Shown: piece by piece, positions 18,633 to 28,207 of the stretch | How the letters are laid out: the number at the start of each line of letters is the position of its first letter | Numbering within the stretch: position 1 is the stretch's first letter | From: Acidimicrobiia bacterium | GTDB lineage: Bacteria > Actinomycetota > Acidimicrobiia > Spongiisociales > JAENVV01 | NCBI GenBank assembly: GCA_041628225.1 | Contig: JBFKPQ010000001.1 | Coordinates: forward strand, 85,597-149,596 | Direction of reading: 5' to 3' | DNA length: 64,000 nt | Position numbers and translations under genes: made by a program | The notes under the pieces: generated by a model | What the model saw: only the letters and a program-made list of their open reading frames with translations | The model's database searches: none | Told to the model about the DNA's origin: nothing

Positions 18633-19729
18633 AGCGCCCGCCGATCCGTGTCCTCGACCTGGCCGGGTCGCCCTTCGCCATGGGTGAGCGTCACGGCGAG
18701 GCCCATGCAGCAGAGATCCGCCACTATGCCGACGAACGGATCGGTCTGATCTCGTCCGGCAAGTGGGGAGGCACGGCCCTCGACCGGGCGGACGTCCTCG
18801 CCATCGCGGACGGCACCCTCGGCGCCCACGCCGCCTATTCGCCGGCGCTGCACGCTGAGATGGAGGGGCTGGCGGCGGGTTCGGGTCTCACACTCGCCGA
18901 GCTGGTGGTCGTCGGAGGGTTCACCGACTTCGTCGACACGGTCGTGGCCCATGTAGGAGCGACCCCGCCCGACGAAGTGCTCGAGGACGACTGCACGGCC
19001 TTCATCGTTCCTGACCATCGGGCCGGCGGCGCCGGGTTCTTCGGTCAGACGTGGGACATGCACGACACGGCCACCGGACACATCGTGCTGTTGCGTCTGG
19101 AACCGGACGACGCTCCGCGCTCGCTGGTGTTCACGACCGTCGGCTGCCTCGGCCAGATCGGCATGAACGAGTCGGGCATCGCGGTTGGCATCAACAACCT
19201 GATGGCTCTCGACGGTCAGGCCGGCGTTACGTGGCCGACCGTCGTGCGGGAGGTGCTGCGCCAGACGACGATCGACGGCGCCCTCGACGCGATCACCCGC
19301 GCCGACCTCGCCGGGGCGCACAACTACTTGATCTTCGACGCCACCGGCCGTGGCTACAACGTCGAGGCGATGGCCACTCGCCATGTCGTCACCGAACTTG
19401 GTGCCGAGCCGATCGTGCACACCAACCACGTCCTCGCCGACGAGAACCGGTCGGTGGCGATGGAACGCCCCGACGAACTCCAAGCGAGTTCCGAAGCGCG
19501 CCTCGCTCGGGCCCAGGACGTGCTCGCCCAGGGAGACATCACCGTCGAGGACCTCATGGACCTCACCCGCGACCCCGACGCCGTGTGCCAGATCAGCCGT
19601 GAGCCGTGGCACATCGAATCCTGCGGTGCGGCGATCATGCGGCCCCGCACCGGCGACTTCTGGGCCGTGTGGGGAGTCCCCTCGGCGAACCAGTTCGAGC
19701 ACTTCTCGCTGGCAGCCCAGCGTGCCTGA
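18629..19729 (+). CDS. C45-family acyl-CoA:6-aminopenicillanic-acid-acyltransferase-like (Ntn) protein
   Basis: 366 aa with the characteristic internal DDCTAF (putative Ntn Cys after autoprocessing) and C45 fold text. ATG overlaps the gcdH stop (ATGA). Confidence 0.75.
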   Translation: MKRPPIRVLDLAGSPFAMGERHGEAHAAEIRHYADERIGLISSGKWGGTALDRADVLAIADGTLGAHAAYSPALHAEMEGLAAGSGLTLAELVVVGGFTDFVDTVVAHVGATPPDEVLEDDCTAFIVPDHRAGGAGFFGQTWDMHDTATGHIVLLRLEPDDAPRSLVFTTVGCLGQIGMNESGIAVGINNLMALDGQAGVTWPTVVREVLRQTTIDGALDAITRADLAGAHNYLIFDATGRGYNVEAMATRHVVTELGAEPIVHTNHVLADENRSVAMERPDELQASSEARLARAQDVLAQGDITVEDLMDLTRDPDAVCQISREPWHIESCGAAIMRPRTGDFWAVWGVPSANQFEHFSLAAQRA

Positions 19730-20351
19730 GCTGACGTACGAACATCCCCGGGCCGAATGGGTCGACAAGCTCGAAGCGATCGAACTCGCCTGCTTCCCCC
19801 AGGCCGATCCGGCAGATCTCCTGAGTGCAGCCGACCTCCGTCGGTACTGCGAGGTGTTTCCCGAAGGCGGATATGTCGCGCTCGACGGCGACGAGCCTGT
19901 CGGCATGGGCCTCGGGATCTTCGTCGACTTCGACTTCGACCAACCGCAGCACACGATCCACGAGATCGCCGGTGAGCACCAGTGTGAGAACCACGACCCG
20001 GATGGAGACTGGTACTACGGCATCGACATCACCGTGCATCCCGATCACCGCAAGCGCGGTATCGGGCGGCGCCTGTACGAGCTGCGCAAGGACGTCGTCC
20101 GGCGTTTCGACAAGCGCGGGATCATCGCCGGCGGGTCTATGCCCGGATACCAGCACCACCGCCACCTGACGATCGACGAATACGTCGCCCAGGTGGTGGC
20201 AGGCGACCTGTACGACCCGACCCTGTCGTTCCAGCTCGCCAACGGCTTCGAGGTGCGAGGTCTGCTCGAGGGTTACATCGACGATCCGGCCGACGACGGT
20301 TGGGCGTCGCTCATCGTGTGGGAGAACCCGGACTGGAGCGGCTCCGAGTGA
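19722..20351 (+). CDS. GNAT family N-acetyltransferase
   Basis: Acetyl-CoA binding motif ITVHPDHRKRGIGRRLYE. GTG start overlapping the end of the C45 gene. Confidence 0.7.
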   Translation: MPELTYEHPRAEWVDKLEAIELACFPQADPADLLSAADLRRYCEVFPEGGYVALDGDEPVGMGLGIFVDFDFDQPQHTIHEIAGEHQCENHDPDGDWYYGIDITVHPDHRKRGIGRRLYELRKDVVRRFDKRGIIAGGSMPGYQHHRHLTIDEYVAQVVAGDLYDPTLSFQLANGFEVRGLLEGYIDDPADDGWASLIVWENPDWSGSE

Positions 20352-21922
20352 CCGACTGGCTCGACCGCCTCGAGGTCGGGCTGCCGATGACCACCGCCGA
20401 GCTCTCCGCCCGGCGCTGGGATGTTGTGGTGGTCGGCGGTGGACACAACGGTCTGACCGCCGCGGCATACGTGGCCCGGGCCGGCCGGTCGGTGCTCGTC
20501 CTCGAACGTCGTGACCGTCTCGGTGGTGCTGCCACCCTCGAGGAGTCATGGCCCGGCTACGTGATCTCGCCGTGTGCCTACCTGGTCGGACTTCTGCATC
20601 CCCGAGTCGTCGCCGAGTTGGACTTGAAGCGTCGTGGTGTAGAGATCGTGATGGGTGATCCGACGTATTTCGCCCCATTCGAGGATGGGCATCACTTCAC
20701 GGCCTGGGCGGATCGCGATCGCACGGCGGCCTCGATTGCCGCGTTCGCTCCGCAAGACGTCGATGGGCATTTCGCCCGAGAGGCGCTGTTCAGCCGCCTG
20801 CGCGATGCCCTGCGGCCAGACGACGACCGCGACCTCTGGCTCGCCGTGTCACCGACCCGCGCCGACATCGAAGCTCGGCTCGGGAACGACATCGAGATGC
20901 TCCGCCTGCTCTTCGAAGAATCACAGGTCGACAACTTGCGGCGGTTCTACACCGACGAACGGATGGTGACCGCCTACGCCGGACAGGGCATCATCGGCAC
21001 CAACGCCTCGCCCTTCGATGCCGGCACCGCTTCGGTGGATTTCCACCACGCCTCGGGTCGCCAGGAAGGTCAGGCGGGCGGGTGGGGTTTCGTCATGGGC
21101 GGCATGGGGGTCGTATCGGCCGCGCTGGCGGACGCCGCTGCCGAGGCCGGCGCCGTGATCGCCTCCGGGACTCCCGTGGGTGCGATTCTCCCCGGCGTCG
21201 GTGTCGAACTCGAGTCGGGCGATGTCATCCGAGCCGCCACCGTGATATCGAATGCCGATCCCGTCCGCACCGCTCGTCTGCTCGGCGGAGCCGCCGGTGG
21301 GTTCGGTGCACGGGCGGACGCCGTCCCTCACCAGAGCGCCGCCGTGAAGGTCACGTACGCCCTCGGAGCGCTCCCAGACTTCGGCGCGCGGCACGCCACG
21401 CTCGCCCAGGTGGAGATCAACCGGTCGGTCGACGCGCTCCACGAGTCATACGAGGCGGCTCGCCGCGGTGCCATCACCGACGAGCTGTGGTGCGAGCTGT
21501 ACTTCCAGACGCCCTACGACCCGTCGATCGCTCCACCCGGCAAGCACGTGATGTCGGCCTTCTGTCAGTACGTGCCGTACGCCTGGGCGGACGGCAGGCC
21601 GTGGGATGCGCACCGCGCCGAGGTCGGCGCGGCGGTCACCCGATCTATCGAGCGGTTCGCCCCCGGTTTCGGGTCACTGGTCGAACACATCAACGTCGAA
21701 GGACCGCCCGACCTCGAAGAGAAGATCGGGCTGACCGGCGGGCACATCTTCCACGGCGAGATCCTCCCCGAGCACCTGTGGGATCGGCGGATCGGCTACC
21801 GGACCGGTGTCGACGGCGTGTATCTGTGCGGCGCGGGCACCCATCCCGGTGGCGCGGTCACTGGCGCCAACGGCCGCAACGCGGCGCGGGTCGTACTCGC
21901 CGACCTGGCTCAGCCCGCCTGA
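20348..21922 (+). CDS. FAD/NAD(P)-dependent oxidoreductase, phytoene desaturase (CrtI)/amine-oxidase-like family
   Basis: Dinucleotide-binding VVVVGGGHNGLTAAAYVARAG..VLVLERRDRLGG, about 520 aa. GTG at 20348 overlaps the GNAT stop; alternative ATG at 20387. Confidence 0.8.
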   Translation: MTDWLDRLEVGLPMTTAELSARRWDVVVVGGGHNGLTAAAYVARAGRSVLVLERRDRLGGAATLEESWPGYVISPCAYLVGLLHPRVVAELDLKRRGVEIVMGDPTYFAPFEDGHHFTAWADRDRTAASIAAFAPQDVDGHFAREALFSRLRDALRPDDDRDLWLAVSPTRADIEARLGNDIEMLRLLFEESQVDNLRRFYTDERMVTAYAGQGIIGTNASPFDAGTASVDFHHASGRQEGQAGGWGFVMGGMGVVSAALADAAAEAGAVIASGTPVGAILPGVGVELESGDVIRAATVISNADPVRTARLLGGAAGGFGARADAVPHQSAAVKVTYALGALPDFGARHATLAQVEINRSVDALHESYEAARRGAITDELWCELYFQTPYDPSIAPPGKHVMSAFCQYVPYAWADGRPWDAHRAEVGAAVTRSIERFAPGFGSLVEHINVEGPPDLEEKIGLTGGHIFHGEILPEHLWDRRIGYRTGVDGVYLCGAGTHPGGAVTGANGRNAARVVLADLAQPA

Positions 21923-22902
21923 TCCTCGGAGTACTGCTTGGCGATCGTCTCGAGCAGTTCTGAAGCGGCCGCCAGGCGCCCATGGATGGCCAGTCCGTGC
22001 GCGGCCGCCCGCCGATCCTTACCCTCGCTATGACGTTGGGCGGCCGTTCGGGCGTGGGCTACGGCCTTCTCGCATTCGTCGGCGATGCGGCTGTATCGGT
22101 CGATGATCTCCCGTTCGATCGGCGTCGGCTCGTCTTCGGGTTCGGGCTGGGCCGGCAGCTCGGGTGGTCCCTCGGCGATCGCGGCCTTCGCCTGTTCGAT
22201 CGTGAACCTGCCATGCGTCACTTCGCGGCCAACGACCATCCCCGCCACCCGGCGTCCGTCGGTTTCGACACCCATCACCGATCGGAGGTCGTCGAGGTTG
22301 CGAACCCCACCGGCGGCGATGACCGGTTCGTCGATGATCGCCAGGGCATCTTCGAGGATGGACAGGTTGGGAGGCTCCAGGAGGGCGTCACGGCCCGCCT
22401 CGGCGATGAGGAAGGCGGCGGCGCCCGCCGACGACATGTCGAGCAACACCTCCTCGAGAAAGCGGCCGCTGTTCTGGCGCCACCCGCGGGTCGCGATCTC
22501 TTCGTTGGGCCGGACGTCGAGCGCCACGACGATCGTGTCGGGATGGTCGCGGCACAGGTCGTAGACCATGAGCTGATCCTCGATGGCGGCGGTGCCCATC
22601 ACGACCCGCCACGCGCCCGCGTCCAGAAGTCGCACGACCTCGGCGGGAGACCGAACGCCGCCCGCCACTTGGACGGGCACCGACGCGGCCGACATGAGTG
22701 AGTCGATCAGCGGCCGGTTTCGGTAGTCGCGGTGCGCGGCCGCATCGAGATCGACGACGTGGAGGTAGTCGACTCCCTGAGCGATCCAGTTCTTGGCGCG
22801 GGCGATCGGGTCGTTGTCGAGCGGGATGGCGCCTTCAATGTTGCCGCGGGGGAGGCGGACGGATTTGCCGTCGAGGATATTGACGCGCGCGTAGAGGTCC
22901 AT
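21910..22902 (-). CDS. HisA/PriA-family (beta/alpha)8 isomerase homologue with about 85-aa C-terminal helical extension
   Basis: Collinear with HisA: ARVNILDGKSVRL, HVVDLD, VQVAGGVRS, VVMGTAAIED, IAAGGVRNLDDL, FTIEQA. Extra C-terminal 85 aa rich in A/E/R. Not in a his operon here. Confidence 0.75.
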   Translation of the reverse strand: MDLYARVNILDGKSVRLPRGNIEGAIPLDNDPIARAKNWIAQGVDYLHVVDLDAAAHRDYRNRPLIDSLMSAASVPVQVAGGVRSPAEVVRLLDAGAWRVVMGTAAIEDQLMVYDLCRDHPDTIVVALDVRPNEEIATRGWRQNSGRFLEEVLLDMSSAGAAAFLIAEAGRDALLEPPNLSILEDALAIIDEPVIAAGGVRNLDDLRSVMGVETDGRRVAGMVVGREVTHGRFTIEQAKAAIAEGPPELPAQPEPEDEPTPIEREIIDRYSRIADECEKAVAHARTAAQRHSEGKDRRAAAHGLAIHGRLAAASELLETIAKQYSEDQAG

Positions 22903-23030
22903 GGGGTGACCTTATCGCGCCGTCGTGGCCAGCCGCCGAGTAGGGATGGATTTGTTCATGCGGATACAGGCCACGGCCGCAAGTTCGCGTGCCTAGGCTC
23001 GAACCACCGAAGGTCAGAGGAGAACGGAAC

Positions 23031-23975
23031 GTGCGGTACCGCAAGCTCGGCAAGTGGGGTGTGAAGGTCTCGGAAATCGCCCTCGGCGCGTGGACCACAT
23101 ACGGCGACAGCGTCACCGATCTGCCGCGCATCAAAGAGATCGTGAAGACCGCCTACGACGGCGGCGTGAACTTCTTCGACAACGCCGACGTGTATGCGAT
23201 CGGCCAGGCCGAGGAGGTCATGGGAGAGGTGTTGGCGCCGTACCCTCGCCACACGCTCGTGCTGTCGACGAAGGCGTACTGGCCGATGTCCGACGACGTC
23301 AACGATCGAGGCCTGAGTCGCAAACACCTCCGCGAGTCGATCGACCGTTCACTGCGTCGCATGCGACTCGACTATGTGGATCTGTATTTCGCCCACCGAT
23401 ATGACGACGGCACGCCGATGGAGGAGATCGTCACGACCTTCTCCGGCATGGTCGACGCCGGCAAGATCCTCTACTGGGGGACGTCGGAGTGGCCCGCCGC
23501 CCGGATCGCCGAAGCCGTGGCGTTCGCCAACGGACACGGCCTGCATCCTCCCGTCGTCGAGCAGCCGCAGTATTCGATGCTGTACCGGTCGCGGGTGGAG
23601 GAGCGCATCTTGCCGATCACGGATTCGGCAGGCATGGGCGTGGTGGTGTGGAGCCCGCTCGCCATGGGCATGCTGACCGGCAAGTACGACGATGGGTTGC
23701 CCGCCGGGGCGCGCCTGTCCGACAACGAGGCGTTCCGCGAGCAGATCATCTCGGATGAGAATCGTCGCAAGGTGGTGGCGCTGAAGGCGGTGGCTGGCGA
23801 TCTCGGGATCAGCCGTGCCCAGCTGGCGCTGGCCTGGGTACTGCGCTCCGGTTCGATCACCTCGGCGATCACCGGCGCCACCCGTCCCGGTCAGATCGAA
23901 GAGAGTTTGGGCGCATCCGGCGTCGATCTCGACGACTCGACCGTGGGTCGCATCGACGACATCCTGGCCGGCTGA
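23031..23975 (+). CDS. Aldo/keto reductase (Tas/YajO-like)
   Basis: AKR motifs: YRKLGKWGVKVSEIALGAWTTYG, FDNADVYA, ILYWGTSEW. GTG start with AGGAGAACGG RBS. Confidence 0.85.
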   Translation: MRYRKLGKWGVKVSEIALGAWTTYGDSVTDLPRIKEIVKTAYDGGVNFFDNADVYAIGQAEEVMGEVLAPYPRHTLVLSTKAYWPMSDDVNDRGLSRKHLRESIDRSLRRMRLDYVDLYFAHRYDDGTPMEEIVTTFSGMVDAGKILYWGTSEWPAARIAEAVAFANGHGLHPPVVEQPQYSMLYRSRVEERILPITDSAGMGVVVWSPLAMGMLTGKYDDGLPAGARLSDNEAFREQIISDENRRKVVALKAVAGDLGISRAQLALAWVLRSGSITSAITGATRPGQIEESLGASGVDLDDSTVGRIDDILAG

Positions 23976-24170
23976 TCAGGCTGGCTTGTTCTCGAACGTT
24001 CCCCGGATGCGCGGATACTTCACGGGCGCATGCACGTGGCAGAAGTCGCGTTTGTTGTAGCGGGACAGTCGGGTGTCGCATTCGACGTTTTCGCAGACGC
24101 GTCCGGTGCCGTACGTCTTGGGCGATCGAGCGCGACCGATGGGTCGTTGAGCGGTGAGGGCGCTGTCCAT
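23976..24170 (-). CDS. Small zinc-ribbon protein (64 aa), unknown function
   Basis: Internal ATG preceded by AAAGGAG RBS. Putative metal site C-x4-C-x12-C-x-H-x-H (CENVECDTRLSRYNKRDFCHVH). Basic N-terminus. Lies immediately downstream of the histidine kinase on the same strand. Confidence 0.5.
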   Translation of the reverse strand: MDSALTAQRPIGRARSPKTYGTGRVCENVECDTRLSRYNKRDFCHVHAPVKYPRIRGTFENKPA

Positions 24171-24274
24171 GGCGTTAGCTCCTTTCCGAGAGCTGACCGG
24201 CGTTCCTACCGCCTCCCACCTTGGGCGGACCATCTGAACGGCCCATCAACAGAGTATGAAGATTGCATGAGAAC

Positions 24275-25582
24275 TCAGACGGTCGGAAGGGTGAATCCGA
24301 CCACGGCGCCGCCGTCTTCGGACTCGGCAAACGCAGTGCCGTCGTGGCCTTCGGCCACCTCGCGGACGATCGCCAAGCCCAGGCCGGAGCCTGGCATCGT
24401 CCGGGCTTCGTCGGCGCGGTAGAAGCGGTCGAACACGTGGGGCAGCGCCTCGGGCGGAATACCCGCGCCGTGGTCGCGCACCGATATGCGTCCGTCGGCG
24501 ACCGTCACCTCGATCGGGCGACCATTCGTGTTCCACTTTCGTGCGTTGTCGAGCAGATTCGACACGGCCCGCTCCACCAGCAAGGGCCGAGCCAGCACCG
24601 TCGAATCGTCCGCTTCGACGACCACCTCGACGTCGTACCGGCGGCGCGCCCGCTCCGCGACCCGTTCGACGAGGTCACCGAGTTGCGTCTCGAGGAGCGG
24701 CTCGTCCGACGTGCGAACGTCTTTGGCCAGGTCGACGAGCTCGGCCACGAGAGTCGAGAGCTCTTCGAGCTCGAACTCCACGTCGGCGAGGATCTCCGAA
24801 CGGTCCTGCGGGTCGAGGTGTTGGGCGCGGTTGAGCAGCTCGATGTTGGTCCGGAGCGAGGTCAGCGGAGTGCGCAGTTCGTGCGATGCGTCGTCGATGA
24901 GCCGCTGCTGCTGGTGCTTGGACGTGTTCAGTGCCTCCAGCATCGTGTTGAAGCTCGCCGCGACTCGCCCGACCTCGTCGTCGCGTTGCACGGAAATGGG
25001 GTGGTCGAGGTCCTGGGTCGTGGCCACGTGTTCGGCAGCTCGCGCCAACGAGGCCATCGGTTCCATGGTCCGCGAGACGACGATCGAAGCGATGAGTCCG
25101 GCCGCCACGGCGCCCAGCACGCCGATGAGTGCGAACCGAGCCTTCAAGCCGTCGAGGACCGCCTGCTGTTCCGAAAGGTCTTGGGCGAGCATGATGCCAC
25201 CGCCGCCCTCGACGGGCAGCGTGACGACTCGGTAGCTGCGGCCGTGGGCGTTCATCGTGTGGATGGTGCCGGCCCCTTCGCCATCGAGGGCCGCGAGATC
25301 GAGGTCGGACACGGGGAGGAAGTCGTCGATTCCCGCCACCGCCAGCGGCTCGCCCGACGGGGAGATGAGCTGAACGGGTCGGTCCCGACCGAACAGGCTC
25401 CCGCTCTCGAAGCGCCCGCGGAACGGGCCACGCGCCAATGCGTCCGCCCTTTCGAGGAGGAAGCGGTCGGCTTCGACGTTGATCTCCCGCACCGCCGAGG
25501 CGAACGACGCTCCGGCCACCAAGAAGATGGCCAGTGCCACCGATCCGGCCACGAGCAAGCTGATCCTGGTCCGGAGCGTCAT
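24275..25582 (-). CDS. Sensor histidine kinase (MprB/TcrY-like, HAMP-HisKA-HATPase)
   Basis: Two TM segments, HAMP, H-box [14 protein letters not shown] boxes ([24 protein letters not shown]). Confidence 0.85.
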   Translation of the reverse strand: MTLRTRISLLVAGSVALAIFLVAGASFASAVREINVEADRFLLERADALARGPFRGRFESGSLFGRDRPVQLISPSGEPLAVAGIDDFLPVSDLDLAALDGEGAGTIHTMNAHGRSYRVVTLPVEGGGGIMLAQDLSEQQAVLDGLKARFALIGVLGAVAAGLIASIVVSRTMEPMASLARAAEHVATTQDLDHPISVQRDDEVGRVAASFNTMLEALNTSKHQQQRLIDDASHELRTPLTSLRTNIELLNRAQHLDPQDRSEILADVEFELEELSTLVAELVDLAKDVRTSDEPLLETQLGDLVERVAERARRRYDVEVVVEADDSTVLARPLLVERAVSNLLDNARKWNTNGRPIEVTVADGRISVRDHGAGIPPEALPHVFDRFYRADEARTMPGSGLGLAIVREVAEGHDGTAFAESEDGGAVVGFTLPTV

Positions 25583-26256
25583 GACGACCGCAGCACGTAG
25601 CCGACGCCCCGCACCGTGTGGATGAGCCGAGACGCGTCTCCCGCCTCCGTCTTGCGTCGGAGATAGCCGACGTACACGTCGAGCGAGTTCGACGACGTCT
25701 CGAAGTCGTAACCCCAGATGCGGTCGTAGATGACCTCGCGGGTCAGCACGATGCCGGAGTTGGTGAGGAGGAACTCGAGCAGGTCGAATTCCGTCTTTGT
25801 GAGACCGATCTCGACGCCGGCTCTGTGGACCTGTCGGGTGGCCAGGTTCATCGTCAGGTCGTCGTAGGTGAGCTCATCCGGGTCTCCTGCTTCTGGCTCC
25901 GTGCGGCGCAGGAGGGCGCGCAGGCGCGCCAGGAGCTCTTCGAGGGCGTAGGGCTTGGCGAGGTAGTCGTCGGCGCCGGCGTCGAGGCCCGCCACGCGAT
26001 CGGAGACCTCGTGCCTGGCGGTCAGCATCAAGACGGGCGTGCGGATGCCCTTCTCGCGGAGCCGGCGACACACCGTCAGGCCGTCGATGAACGGCATCAT
26101 CACGTCCAGCACGATGACATCGGGCTCGTTGGCCTTGACGCTCTCCAGCGCTTCGGCGCCGTCGGTGGCAGTGAGGACCTCGTACCCCTCGAAGTTGAGG
26201 GCGCGCTCGAGCGACGTGCGTACCCCGCGATCGTCTTCGGCGATGAGAACCTTCAC
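25579..26256 (-). CDS. OmpR-family response regulator (MprA-like)
   Basis: Receiver domain (VLIAEDD..D.V.LD..MP..DG..) plus winged-helix output (LT.TEF.LLEFL..G.V..RE...IWG..). GTG start picked at residue 41 of ORF 25579..26376; its stop overlaps the kinase start. Confidence 0.9.
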   Translation of the reverse strand: MKVLIAEDDRGVRTSLERALNFEGYEVLTATDGAEALESVKANEPDVIVLDVMMPFIDGLTVCRRLREKGIRTPVLMLTARHEVSDRVAGLDAGADDYLAKPYALEELLARLRALLRRTEPEAGDPDELTYDDLTMNLATRQVHRAGVEIGLTKTEFDLLEFLLTNSGIVLTREVIYDRIWGYDFETSSNSLDVYVGYLRRKTEAGDASRLIHTVRGVGYVLRSS

Positions 26257-26374
26257 GTACCGAAGTGTACGGTCGCTCCCGCAAGAAGCCGATGAGGCCC
26301 GGCTAAGAGAAGCGTGAGAGCCCCGATGTCCGACCATGTCCGATCGGTAGGCTCGGATCGGGAAAGGACGTGTC

Positions 26375-28012
26375 ATGCTCTCCCACGATCACGGGCCCAC
26401 CGACCAGCCGCTCCTCGACGAAACCATCGGCCAGAACCTCGAGCGGGCGTCTCGGGAGTATGCCGACCGCCCGGCGCTCATCGTGCCCCACCAGGATCTT
26501 CGGCTCAGCTATCGCGAACTGAACGATGCGGTAGACCTCCTGGCGCGGGCCCTGCTCGCGGCCGGCCTCCGGGTCGGAGATCGCATCGGCATCTGGAGCC
26601 CCAACAACGCCGAGTGGGTGCTCGCCCAATTCGCCACCGCCAAGATCGGCGCCATCCTCGTCAACGTCAATCCGGCCTATCGCAGCTCGGAACTGGTCTA
26701 TGCGCTGCGGCAGTCGGGATGTCGGATGCTGATCGCGGCCACCGGTCACGTTAAATCTGACTACGTGGGGATGGTCGCCGAGGTGCGTTCGGACGTGCCC
26801 GACCTCGAACAGGTCTTCTTCATCGAAACCGACTCGTGGGACGCGCTCATGGCGGGAGCGTCGGAGGTGAGCGCCGCCGATCTGCGCCTCGTGGCCGACG
26901 GCCTCGATCCGCTCGATCCCATCAACATCCAGTACACGAGCGGCACGACGGGCTTTCCGAAAGGTGCCACCCTCAGCCACCACAACATCCTGAACAACGG
27001 TTTCTTCGTCGGGGAAGCGTGTGGATACACCGCGGACGACCGGGTGTGCATCCCGGTGCCCTTCTACCATTGCTTTGGCATGGTGCTCGGCACCCTGGCC
27101 TGCACGACGCACGGCGCCTGCATCGTCGTGCCCGGCCCGGCGTTCGACGCGCAGGCGGTACTCGAGACCGTCGCTGCGGAGCGGTGCACTTCGCTGTACG
27201 GCGTCCCGACGATGTTCATCGCCGAGTTGGGTGACCCCTCGTTCGACGAATACGACCTGACGTCGCTGCGGACAGGGATCATGGCCGGCAGCCCCTGCCC
27301 GGTCGAAGTCATGAAGCGTGTGGTGTCCGACATGCACATGGACCAGGTGACGATCGCCTACGGCATGACCGAGACGGCGCCGGTGTCCACGCAGACGGGT
27401 GCCGACGACGATCTGGAGCGGCGCGTGTCGACGGTCGGCCGGGTCCATCCGCATGTCGAGATCAAGATCATCGATCCCGAGAGCGGAGCCACCGTGCGGC
27501 GCGGTACCGCCGGTGAGTTCTGCACGCGCGGCTATTCGGTGATGGTGGGGTACTGGAACGACCCCGAACGGACCGCCGAGTCGATCGACGCCGACGGATG
27601 GATGCACAGCGGCGATCTCGCCACGATGGACGCCGAGGGTTACGTCAACATCGTCGGCCGGATCAAGGACATGATCATCCGCGGTGGCGAGAACATCTAT
27701 CCCCGCGAGATCGAGGAATTCCTGTACACCCATCCGGAGATCGTCGATGCTCAGGTCGTCGGGGTGCCGGACGCCAAGTATGGCGAGCAGGTGATGGCAT
27801 GGGTGCAGAGGGTTCCGGGCTCCACGCTGACCGAGGACGCCGTCAGGGAGTACTGCCGGGCGTCGATCGCCCACTTCAAGGTCCCCGCCCACGTGGCATT
27901 CATCGCGGAGTTTCCGATGACGGTGACCGGCAAGATCCAGAAGTTCCGGTTGCGCGAACAGGCCATCGAACTCTTGGACCTCCAGGCGGAAGCCGCCACC
28001 GAGACGGCCTGA
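26375..28012 (+). CDS. AMP-dependent acyl-CoA synthetase/ligase
   Basis: AMP-binding motif [15 protein letters not shown]...[20 protein letters not shown]. Confidence 0.9.
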   Translation: MLSHDHGPTDQPLLDETIGQNLERASREYADRPALIVPHQDLRLSYRELNDAVDLLARALLAAGLRVGDRIGIWSPNNAEWVLAQFATAKIGAILVNVNPAYRSSELVYALRQSGCRMLIAATGHVKSDYVGMVAEVRSDVPDLEQVFFIETDSWDALMAGASEVSAADLRLVADGLDPLDPINIQYTSGTTGFPKGATLSHHNILNNGFFVGEACGYTADDRVCIPVPFYHCFGMVLGTLACTTHGACIVVPGPAFDAQAVLETVAAERCTSLYGVPTMFIAELGDPSFDEYDLTSLRTGIMAGSPCPVEVMKRVVSDMHMDQVTIAYGMTETAPVSTQTGADDDLERRVSTVGRVHPHVEIKIIDPESGATVRRGTAGEFCTRGYSVMVGYWNDPERTAESIDADGWMHSGDLATMDAEGYVNIVGRIKDMIIRGGENIYPREIEEFLYTHPEIVDAQVVGVPDAKYGEQVMAWVQRVPGSTLTEDAVREYCRASIAHFKVPAHVAFIAEFPMTVTGKIQKFRLREQAIELLDLQAEAATETA

Positions 28013-28207
28013 AGCTGCTCGGGGATCACCAGGTGATGGCGGCGTTCCGGCATCCGTCTTCGGGGGCCAGGTTCACGACCGGCGCCGCTCCGTCCATCCG
28101 CACGTGAAGGAGCCGGTTCCGAGTTCCGGCGCCGTGACATGCATTCGGGCGTTTTGGCAGGTAGCTTTCAAAGGCTCAGTCTCTGAGCCCCGAAAGGAGA
28201 TAGGCAC

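Noticed and set aside
26303-27892. 529-aa minus-strand ORF antisense to the acyl-CoA synthetase
   Set aside because: Antisense to a gene with canonical AMP-binding motifs. Low-complexity translation.
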